Of a stretch of DNA of 64,000 nucleotides, positions 53,915 through 64,000 are shown one piece after another. The notes under the pieces were generated by a model. It made no database searches, was not told the DNA's origin, and saw nothing but the letters and a program-made list of their open reading frames with translations. The first letter of the stretch is position 1, and each line of letters begins with the position of its first letter. Source of the stretch: Acanthaster planci (Eukaryota); assembly GCF_001949145.1 (NCBI RefSeq), contig NW_019091362.1, positions 372,670-436,669 on the forward strand, given 5' to 3'. The translations under genes and the position numbers were made by a program.

Positions 53915-54250
53915 ATATTAATTAACTTACTATTACCTTAGAGCTCTATGATATTACTTAGCCTTCATAAAAATCTTACTTTTCCTTTGAATTTATTGTA
54001 TTGTAATTATACAAAAATATTAAACAGAACTGAAGACCTGTCCAATATGAATCAGCCCCCTCCTGGAAACCTTTTCTTAGTGATCGACCCCCCCCCCACA
54101 AGCCGTCGTGTTGAGTCCCCAGCTTGCCCCGTGCATAAGACCTGAGATTCCAGGTCGTCCCTCCGTGCAAGTTTCGCGCGCGCATTGCCTCAGCCCCGCT
54201 GCATTCTGGGAAACACGTGTGTAATGAAATCACACACTTATTTTTCAATC

Positions 54251-57200
54251 ATGGCGGACAGCGGGGCCGAAGAAGAGCTTACTCCAGCTTACGATATCGT
54301 AGTCACCAAGTACAAAACCATCGGCGACATTGTAAATAGTGAGTAGAAATCAGCTCAGAAAATATTGGGACGACTTTCTGGTTGGTCTGTGTGATTAGTG
54401 TGGAGGGTATTTGATGAGAATAAGACATGAAATTCATGACAGCTGGACGAGTTCGTAAGCTGTTCGCAGTTCCCGAACAATAGCCTGCATTGAAACGCGT
54501 GTTAAAACGGGCCATGTGGCAATGCGGAACTGCTTGGGTTGTTGACTAAGTGTTGCAATACGTGTTGCAATACCAATGGAGGAATAAGACTACTAGCGCA
54601 CTGAAAAAATGTCTGCAATGCACTGCAGATTTTAGACACCTTGTTGGCCATTAAATAAAATAGATAGGCCTTAGGCCTATCATTTAGCCACATATAAAAC
54701 ATGAAATTTGTGAAAACCAAAAGAAGAACAAATGTGGCCTAAACGTTGTGAACATTGGTGAAGTACTAAGTAGGCCTATATAACACAATATGGTCAATCA
54801 CTAACTATGCCTACCTTAAGCTAAGGCCATGTAAAAAAAATTACATGCAGTTGGTTAGCATCCGTGGCCTTTCATTTTTCAGGGGCGGGCAGGAGGTTGT
54901 TCTTTTTTTTTCTCTTGCTTTCTCATTTAAGAGATTCAGTTCCAAATGATGCAGTTTATTGATGAAAATAATAATACAATAAAGTGAATCACGTGCCCTT
55001 TTCAAATTGATTTTGTTTAATTCATAGGCCCACATCAAGACATGAAAAATGCTGGAAAAATTTAATGATCGCTATCGTCCGCCATGTCCAAGCGTACCTT
55101 GACAAAGCACATGCGCTATGCATTGTGCACTTGGCCGAGTAGAAAGAAAGGCTGCGTGCTGGAGCTGTGGCTGCTTCCAAATGATGTGCTGTGGAAAGTA
55201 GTCCTAGCTTTAGCACATAGCCCTTGCATCGGACACAGCCATGCTCTGACCTGCTACATCCCTGGGGTTGATCCTGAGAACTGTATGATATAGTATTGAC
55301 AGAAGGAATCGAGGTGACAAGGTTGTATCCAAAGGAACGGTCAACATGAAGGCAAATACATGTACATGCACTGTACGTGTACAACGAACGTTAGTCCTAC
55401 GTGAAATAATTGGTGTGGTTTCTCGATAGCCAGCTACAATGAACTAACTGCACGTCCTTGTCCAAAAGATCGTTTGTGTGTGATGGCTACTCTGACATGT
55501 TGTCATGCCCTTTTTTACAGCAGTTTAACCGGTGTGTCTAAAAAAAAACCGTGCAGGTGTTTTTTTATTCTAACCAACTACTTTTTTTTTACATGGCTTA
55601 AGTAGGCCATATCACCTAGCCTATGTACATGTAATGTGAGCATGGTGAGCATAGGCCTATAACCATGGTCAGACTTTTATAATTTAACAGCAATGAAGGC
55701 CATAAGGTAAGACTAAGAGATCCGTCATGTCCATAAATTGATATCACAAATGTTTCCCTGCAGTGGTAAATCAGCCAGCTGATACTAAAACGGTTTACCA
55801 GAAAAAATACTGAAGTTTTTGTTTAGAAAATACATGTAGTTAGCATTTTCAAACCAGTCTCGTTGGGTTTGAGTACAGGGTATAAAGTGATGTTCATTTG
55901 TGGAACTCTTTCTGGCCGTGATAACTGTTTAAAGCCATGAAATGTGGCAAAAATACTTTGNNNNNNNNNNNNNNNNNNNNNNNNNCTTTTTTTTACGTGG
56001 CCTAAGTAGGCCATATCACCTAGCCTATGTACATGTAATGTGAGCATGGTGAGCATAGGCCTATAACCATGGTCAGACTTTTATAATTTAACAGCAATGA
56101 AGGCCATAAGGTAAGACTAAGAGATCCGTCATGTCCATAAATTGATATCACTAATGGTTCCCTGCAGTGGTAAATCAGCCAGCTGATACTAAAACGGTTT
56201 ACCAGAAAAAATACTGAAGTTTTTGTTTAGAAAATACATGTAGTTAGCATTTTCAAACCAGTCTCGTTGGGTTTGAGTACAGGGTATAAAGTGATGTTCA
56301 TTTGTGGAACTCTTTCTGGCCGTGATAACTGTTTAAAGCCATGAAATGTGGCAAAAATACTTTGCTTGGAATCTTGTCTTCCTACTATACCTCCGTGGTT
56401 TTCCACTTTTGCGGACTTTATACCTTGTGCCACAGACGTGTGTTTTGTGGCTAGACCTATGATGAGGTGAGAAAGGTAGAGAATAAAGGAAAGAAGAAAA
56501 AGCAAAAGATGTCATGAAATATAGATATTATTCTATGCAAGCAAGGGAAAACCAACATTTGGAAAGAGTTCCATTTACGGACGCCACTTGCCACCCCATG
56601 CACAAACCCTATGAGACTGGTCTGAAAGTGTTTTCTAAGTGAACGCCTTCGTATTTTCCCCCCTAAATTGAACTTTTCTTGACATATATGCCTTTTTGAT
56701 GGCTAATAGGTCAATGTAGGGAATAATTACTGGCGTCCATATATGGAACTTTTCCCCGACATTTTAAGTGATGTTCACTCCTCAAAACGAAGTTGAACAT
56801 GCTTGGCAAATGTCAAGAGGTAGGTGTTGGACGAAAAGTGAAAACTGAAAAACACGTAGCAGTTTGAATTTGTTTGCGAATGTGTTCTGATCGGGAATGA
56901 TTTTGAGAGCGTTCTGAATTTCAGTACATAACACCATAGTTGAAAACTTCATTAATTTCTTGTGTTTTCTATCTCTCGAGTACATCTTCGGAGGGTGCTG
57001 TAAAAGAAGACATTCTGTCATTCGCTTCTATTTTTTTCTGTCAAAAACAGAAAATCATCGGTTCTGGTTTGAAGCATTAGTAATTGTCTCTCTTTTTTTC
57101 TTTTACAATAGATGCACTGAAGAAAGTGGTTGAGAAGGCTGTTGCCGGGGAAACTGTGCGGTCGCTTTGTGAGCTTGGAGACAGCTTTATCGTAGAGGAG

Positions 57201-60200
57201 ACCAGCAAGATATTCAAGAAGATCAAGGATTTGAAGAAAGGTCAGGGGTTGTCTTATCTCAGGCTTGGACAAATACTCATCAACAAGACAAAGTTGTGTA
57301 TCCCATGATATAAGTTTTCATGAGGCATACATAAAGCGTGTTGAAAATTTAAAGCCTCTGCAGTAAACGGCACCGAATAAAAATTTTATTTTACCCCCTT
57401 ACAGATCCTGAGCGCTATTCGTGATAATTACAGTCCTATTGTTTTTCTAACAGGTATCGCATTTCCCACCTGCCTGTCCATCAATAACTGCGTCTGCCAT
57501 TTCTCACCTCTCAGAAGTGATCCTGACATCACCTTAAAAGACGATGATGTCGTCAAGATGTAAGCACTGTAAAAGAAAGTTCTTTACAAAATCACAGCTT
57601 CATTGGTTCATCTTTTTGACCACTTAATACTCTTTTTAGTCTTTGAAATTTCAAAGGAATAGATTGAGTCCTTTTAAGTGTTGGGTTGAAATTAACTTCA
57701 TCATTAGCTCATATCCTGACGAAAATGTAAACGAGTGTACCAGGGCAAACTAAGAATTACTTAGTATTTCCCTTAAAAGCTCTGAATCCATTGGCCTGTT
57801 AATCACTGTGATATAAAAAGTGTACCGAAAAAATCAAGCCAGTCTTAAACTTACTTGTGAGTCTAAACATCGGGGTATCTGTTGAAACGCACAGAGTTTT
57901 GCCGCTTTTATCATGTTCTGCTTCGTAAGTTATCGTGCCATATGCCATTGTTTGCAGTTTTCATAACAAATTTCCTGTAGGAGAAAAATTCACACTGTCG
58001 GTTCTTTTAATCAATGACATGATGTTGTCACAATGTTTTTCTTGGTAGTGACATGGGTGGGCACATTGATGGTTTCATCGCGGTCGTCGCTCAGACGATT
58101 GTCGTCGGTGCCTCAGCCGATAACAAAGTAACAGGAAGGAAAGCCGATGTCATACAGGCGGCGCACACTTGCTCTGAAGCTGCCCTCAGAAAAATCAAGC
58201 CAGGAGTACAGGTACTAGACTTTGAAAAGTCTTCCTTCCTCCGACCAGATGAAACTTGCCGAGTAGTGTTTGATAAGTGTAAATGTGACACAGATATTTT
58301 ATAATCTTGTACTGATACTATATAATGTTCCAACATTTCAGAATTATGACATCACCAAGCTATTCCAGACGATTTCAGAGTCGTTTGAGTGCAAGCCAGT
58401 GCAGGGAATGCTGTCCCATCAACTGAAACAAAACACCATCGATGGGGAGAAATCTATCATCCAAAACCCAACGGATGATCAAAGGTAGGTTTGCTCTCTG
58501 TGGTAAAAACTCTCCTGTATACCGTTAGGGTGAAAACAAATTTCAGATTTTGTCCTTTTATGCTGTCCATTTTGAATAAAATTGATGTCTCCCAACCAGT
58601 AAGGATTCACCAGAGCCATCTGTTTTTAATCAAAGGCCTGTGTAAGAATCTTTCACAATGTAAATCAAGAGGAACTGCCGTTTTTACCTAGATAATGTCC
58701 ATTTTTGTAAGGGTGCCGAGATGAGTGACGCATCAGAACGAAGAGTTGAGTTTGCAAACTGTGCATGTTTTTCATACAAACTGAAAGTAAAGCTTTAAAA
58801 GTGGCCTGAAACAATGTGAATGGGATGCAACGACGTGGTGTTTTAGGAGGACTCAGACTCGGATTTTGAGCAGATCAGTCAGGATACTTTTGTCAGTGGG
58901 TCACAGAGTAAAGAAATATCGGCAGTTTCTTGTCATTTTTCGTGAGTTAGATTGTAAAGGTAGGTCAGATGGATATTAGCCCAACCACCCTTGGCCTATT
59001 TGACTAGGATGCACTCCCATCCTTTAAATTCCTTCCAATATTTCTAAAATATATTCCCAGAAAGTTTGACCACTGCCTCGGTCTTGTTATATCCTTGGGC
59101 CATTCCTGTCGCATCTGTTTGTACTATTAGCAAATAATATCCTTGACCAGTTTGGATGATTTGACAGCTACTATAAGCCTGAATTTATGCACAGTTAAGT
59201 GTAAACAAAAAGGTCTAACCCAAGAGCTGAATTTATGCACAGTTAACCCTTTATGAGCCATCGGTGACTCCAGTGCGCCCGGCCCTTTTTTCCCCACACT
59301 GCTATCGGCGACCACAGTTGCCCGCAAGAACAGTACTTTATAAATGAATGAATGAAACAAACCTTTGACCCCTGAACCTTCAAGTATTTTCTGAAAGGTG
59401 AATATGTGGCAAACATTTCTCAACAGTAAAATCATGTTCATTTTTGACAAAATTTTCTGCAATTTTCGATTGAAATTCTGTGCATCCCGAGGTTCGAGTG
59501 TTCGCTAAAAAAAGGCGTGTACAATGGAAGCTTCAGCCACATTTCGGGAGATTTTTTTTAGACTTGGACTTCAGAAATTCCGACTGTGAAGGCATTTTGC
59601 AGACAATTCTCTCGATAGTGACTAATAATAATAATAATTGATATTTATAAAGCGCCTAATCCATCAAGCTGCTCCCAAGCACTGTACATCAAAATATAAA
59701 TAAATAAATATAACCTACATGTACCATAATTAAAATTGATACTAAGGAACTAAAAATGCTTGTTTAAAAAGGTGCGTCTCCAGCCCGGTCTTAAAACTCT
59801 TGACATTCCTAGACTCTCTAAGATGAACTTCAAGCTGGTTCCAGAGACGGGGACCAGCCACAAAAACCATCCTGTAGGCATTCTACGTGGCGTTCTGCCT
59901 TAATAACATCGATATAATTTATTGCACCAGTTTCATTGCTTTGATCCGCCCTGGTTTATTTCTATATCAGTTGTCGATTCAGGTAAGTTTTTCCTCGATT
60001 TTGATCATCGCTCTGTACTGAGGACGACCCGTGCATGCCGTTTGTACTGACATAATGCCAGCATGCACAGCACATGTCATGCACCGGCGCGTGCACGCGG
60101 GATCTAGGGCCGGCCACAATTAAAACTTCATTCAATATGGCGACCCCGAAAAGGGACAGAGGGCATGCCCATGCACTAGAGGGGGTACTGGTATTCTTAA

Positions 60201-63200
60201 AAATATTGGGGAAACTCCTTTGTGGTCGCGCTTGCGCGCATGCAATGTACATGTAGGCCTACTCCACGTCAGTATCGACAACGAAGCTCCGGAAATCGAT
60301 TGTTTGTTTACAGCTCACTTTTTACCGAGGATTTTTTTTTTAGGTTTTGTGGAAAAGGAACCGAGAGAACATGCCGACTGGAACGAAACAACGGCTTATA
60401 AAGGCCCACTTAAAAATAATCAATGGAAATGCATCAACACACGATCGGTACTTTATCAAAAGGCAGACTTACGAGTTGCACGATGTCAACTTGACCGGAG
60501 TTTTCCATAACCATTTAGCAAAAAGTTAATATTTTAAAAGGATCCCCATTTCATTTAAATAAAAGGATAAACACTATTTATGATATTTTAAACTTAGTTT
60601 AAGCGGGTTAGGAATCCTTGAATTCTAATGGGAAAGGGATAAAAAATCTAAGCAAGCATTAAATCAGAGGCTGGATTCGGAAGGAAAAAATCATCTGGGT
60701 AATTGTAATTAATTAAAAATGAACATTACAATGTAATACAGGGAATGCAAATTAATAACAGCATAATAAATGCCTTTTATTGAAGGGGGGTGGCATGGTG
60801 TACAAGAACTGAATAGCTTATAGGCCTACTCATGACATGACTGGTTGTCAAAAATGTAAATCAAGGGTTTCAAAATAATTGGCCTTGGTGCCCCCTTGAG
60901 CTGGCCTGGTGCCCTGTTGAAATTTGATGAACATCATGAAGGCAAGGCCAAAGTGGCCTGCCCCTTTTTTCCCCAAAGACCGAGGCCTGATTTGTCAGAA
61001 ATGTTGACATGATTACGTGTTTTGTGTGATTGAAATACATGGACAAGTACCCACAACAGATGAGAAAAGTAAATTCAAGTGAGGCTGTAAAAAAAAAAGA
61101 AATGGGTGATTTCTTTTATTGATATTACATATTTAAGCCCAATAATTATATGCAAATTATTCAGTGTTTTGAAGCCTCAGTGTCCCTTTGAAAAAGTGAT
61201 TGAAAATTGTGTTGTGTTTATTTCTCGTTGCAGATTTGTGTTTCTAAGTAAATGTCAAGTAAAAACTTCAGGAGTGATTGAGCAGACCCTTTGAAGAAAA
61301 ATTAACTATTTTCATTTAATGATTTCATATTTCATAAACTTTCTAATTTGAATAAAAAATATACGCACCAATGGATAGGTTACCGGGGGTATTTCCTCCT
61401 CAACAATTAGTTTTGTTTGCATTTTCTCGTAGAATGTATCCATCACAGAGAAAACATCCATGAAAAAAACAAAACATCAGTGAGCAATTGCTTGGGTACT
61501 TGCAATAGAAACCCAGCACCATTGGAATACGTGTGTATATGGATGGTAGCATGTTAAGGGTTGAGCATAAACAACAAGGTCTAACCCAAGAGCTGGGCAC
61601 AATGCCTCCATTGCAGTCAGTCAGGCTTTTTTTGGGCCAGTCATCCTCATTCATTCACATTCTCCAAAACAGCTCAGAGGATTTCAGAGGATTGAGGATA
61701 TTAACCATGCCATTGAAGTATTTCTGTGTGTAGAAAGTGAATCGGCCAGTGCTATATTTCCTAATGACTTTGCTGACAGAGCAGAAACCAAGTGGTACTT
61801 TGCTTTATTACTCAGGTTTATAAACTCCCAGCAGATGCAGTTTCGCTCTGAGGGTTTTTATTAATACTGATTACAAATTTAAAGCCTTCGTTTCATAATG
61901 TCATTACTTAAGCCTTCAACCGTTGCCTTAATTTGATGATGGTCCAAACCTTTAACCTGCCTCATGTTGCTGATGTTCCCCCCCCCAACAAGGAAAGACC
62001 ACAAGGTCTCTGAGGTGGAAGTTCATGAGGTGTATGCCATTGACGTCTTGGTCACGACCGGTGAAGGGAAAGTCAAGGAGAGAGATACGCGTACCACCGT
62101 ATTCAAGAAGACTGACTCGGCCTATAACCTCAAGATGAAAGCATCCAGGGTGCTCTTCAGTCAAGTGGAGAGCAAATTCCAATCCATGCCTTTTACTCTC
62201 AGGTATGAGGTCACACCATCGTCGTAGTTGTTTGGTGACTGGCTTGGTTTTTAGACCAAGACTGACCAGTTCTTCATTGGGTGTGAAAAACTATGCCACT
62301 TGATCACAGAGAAGTTCTCCCATCTTCAGAATATGAGCCTAGTATGAAGTCACTATTGTGTCCCTGGGCAAGGTACGCTACCATGATAAAAAAAGTACCC
62401 AAGAAAAGTTCAGCTCCTTCCCAAAGGGAGATTCCACCTACAGCTGGAGGCTTGTGTGCAAAATATTACTTCAACTGTCCCGAGCTTAAGACAAAGTAGC
62501 ATCATTTTGGGACGCTGAGATGTTCTGTGAATGGTTAACAATGTTTATGGGCCTGTTGATCAGGAGTAATAGACACTTTTTTCTCTCTCTCTCTGGACTG
62601 ACACAGGGCTTTTGAGGAGGAAGGAAAAGCACGAATGGGCGTGGTAGAGTGTGCCAGCCACAAATTATTGGAGCCCTACCCTGTCCTGTACGAGAAAGAA
62701 GGCGAGCTTGTGGCACAGTTTAAGTTCACCGTTCTGGTCATGCCAACCGGTTCACTCAGGATCACCCAAGGGGTTCACCACCCAGAGTTCTACAAGACTC
62801 AATACTCTGTTAAAGACCCTGAAATCAAGGTCAGCCAGTGTTTGCCTTCATTGGAACTTTTAGGAAAGCCACGGAAAGTACAGGGTGCTAAACGAACGAA
62901 CTTTTTGTCAGCCTTGCCAAATGCAACAGATTGTAACGTTGGTCAAAAGATGTTTTGCTTTGTCATACCTGTGTCTTAAATACTGTTTTTGCATTGGCTG
63001 AGAATGATCATGTGATGGGGCGACATGACCACGTCACGCTCGCCATTTGACATCACATCAGCAAGCATAGTGTACAGTGTGCTGGATAAAAGTGTAGGGA
63101 CTGCTATCCACTGCTGTCCAAAGATTCCTTTGTCCTCCGTAATTGCCCTGAAAAAAAGTAAGTGAAAAACATGCAGACAGAGATATGACAAAACAATTGT

Positions 63201-63898
63201 TGACTGCTGTGATGTGGGATGTGACGTTTTAAAAAGCTGAAGTACGCATAGTGCCCGAGGCGGAGGGCACCATGCCTACCTTAGAGTGTTCAAGACATCA
63301 TATCCCAGATCACAGTGGTCAACAGTTGTTAACCATTGCATGTAATAGGAAAGGTAAGTAGTAGAGTACTTTGTGTAAGTTGACGTTGCCAAGCTTGGCG
63401 TTAATGCTGTTCATTGCGCAGTGCCACCATTTTGTTGCATTCTGTTGCATATAGCAGAGTGCCTAGAGAAAAACCTAATTGGGAGTTTGGGTTAGTCCAG
63501 CATGAGGGATGTGCCCAACCCGTGCTCTGTAAGTTCCTCACTGGTGACAGAGCGACATTGGGCGACATTTGAACAGTGTTTGGTGTTGTTTGCCTGGTGC
63601 CCATGCAAATATGCTCCCGATTTATGCAAAGAAGCTTGTGGGTGTGTCAAGTGAAATGTGTGGCTTGGTAAAGGGCTCCCTCTTTTGTTGCCCAGTGGGA
63701 ATTTTTGTTAGGCTCCAACAGCTGTGAATCTACAAAATCATGCGAGATCAGCTGTTAAATTGGGATGGATTTGGGGTGATAAAGGGTTGATGTTGGAAGT
63801 TTCAAAATCGTCACATCATATTTTGAGGTTTGTTTTCTGTTCAGGCATTGTTGCAGTTGTCAGCCAACCGCAAGGCAGCCAAGAAGAAGAGAAAGAAG
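54251..63898 (+). CDS. PA2G4: Proliferation-associated protein 2G4 / Ebp1 (3'-partial; continues beyond the window)
   Basis: Exons 54251-54338, 57112-57240, 57454-57559, 58049-58211, 58342-58484, 61993-62202, 62607-62829, 63845-63898. Protein: [115 protein letters not shown]. Confidence 0.96.
55061..55280 (+). ncRNA. Candidate structured intronic RNA (long C/D-box-like or other) in PA2G4 intron 1
   Basis: GC-richer island; AATGATCG at the start, CTGA at 55246 and 55274, and a ~30-bp GU-rich hairpin at 55150-55222. Family not recognised. Confidence 0.35.
56561..56757. mobile_element. ~200-bp MITE with ~25-bp imperfect TIRs; family has further copies and fragments
   Basis: GGAAAGAGTTCCATTTACGGACGCCA ... 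TGGCGTCCATATATGGAACTTTTCC. Related sequence at 52658-52862, 38722-38775, 4259-4284, ~6390-6440 and ~55845-55910. Confidence 0.65.
59247..61560. mobile_element. ~2.3-kb non-autonomous TTAA-targeting (piggyBac-like) element in PA2G4 intron 5
   Basis: TTAA|CCCTT...AAGGG|TTGA. The flanks rejoin to recreate the adjacent uninterrupted sequence at 59178-59230. Confidence 0.65.
59625..59880 (-). mobile_element. LINE (L2/CR1-like) 3' end in PA2G4 intron 5
   Basis: Minus strand [36 protein letters not shown], followed by GGCGCTTTATAAAT and a (TTA)n tail. Confidence 0.7.
63192..63330. repeat. Fold-back repeat / MITE in PA2G4 intron 7
   Basis: AACAATTGTTGACTGCTGTGATGTGGGATGTGACGT pairs with ACATCATATCCCAGATCACAGTGGTCAACAGTTGTT; central GTGCCC..GGGCAC stem. 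Confidence 0.7.
63405..63723 (+). ncRNA. Candidate H/ACA snoRNA(s) in PA2G4 intron 7
   Basis: Hairpin, then AGAGAA (63466), then a CCTAAT/ATTGGG-closed multi-hairpin ending in ACATTT (~63570). A second GU-rich hairpin at 63663-63714 is followed by ACA at 63718. Confidence 0.35.
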
Positions 63899-64000
63899 GT
63901 ATTTATGTCCCTTGCAGAGAAAAAGTCGAACGTTTGGTTCTCTCAAACGTAATTCATGCAGACTGATCTGAAGTTCAATAATGACTTCTGAACCTTAACC

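Noticed and set aside
53616..53921. ORF with SNQIK repeats
   Set aside because: Translation of the (AAATC)n microsatellite.
55264..55276. GGTTGATCCTG identical to the 18S rRNA 5' end
   Set aside because: A short sense-strand match with no further rRNA similarity; likely chance.
55581..56363. ~400-bp tandem duplication either side of a 25-N gap
   Set aside because: The copies are nearly identical and abut a gap; most likely an unmerged allelic overlap (assembly artefact).
63405..63723. Telomerase RNA hypothesis for the H/ACA-like region
   Set aside because: No CTAACCCT template or pseudoknot is evident upstream within the intron.

Overview
AT-rich, intron-containing metazoan (probably invertebrate) genomic scaffold with several N-gaps; not prokaryotic. 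Five spliced genes were reconstructed by hand, exon by exon, from GT-AG junctions: CWC25 (+, 16817-22977), GORASP/GRASP55-like (-, 26543-36581), an uncharacterised ~900-aa two-SH3 protein (+, 39879-42989), carboxypeptidase M (-, 46038-50114) and PA2G4/Ebp1 (+, from 54251, running off the window). The first 16 kb holds a decayed pogo/Fot1-type DDE transposase with a degenerate PHD finger and a decayed Crypton/DUF3504 tyrosine recombinase. Introns and intergenic DNA carry tRNA-derived SINEs, LINE remnants and many MITEs (TTAA, TA, TTA and 8-bp target duplications). The most interesting unexplained signals are GU-rich structured RNA candidates in PA2G4 introns, inverted MITE copies bracketing CWC25 exons 3-7, a ~1-kb copy of PA2G4 intron 1 inserted upstream between 45-bp direct repeats, an adjacent empty and filled TTAA site, and frequent TA-NNNN-TA palindromes. 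No clearly novel multi-gene system could be demonstrated from sequence alone.
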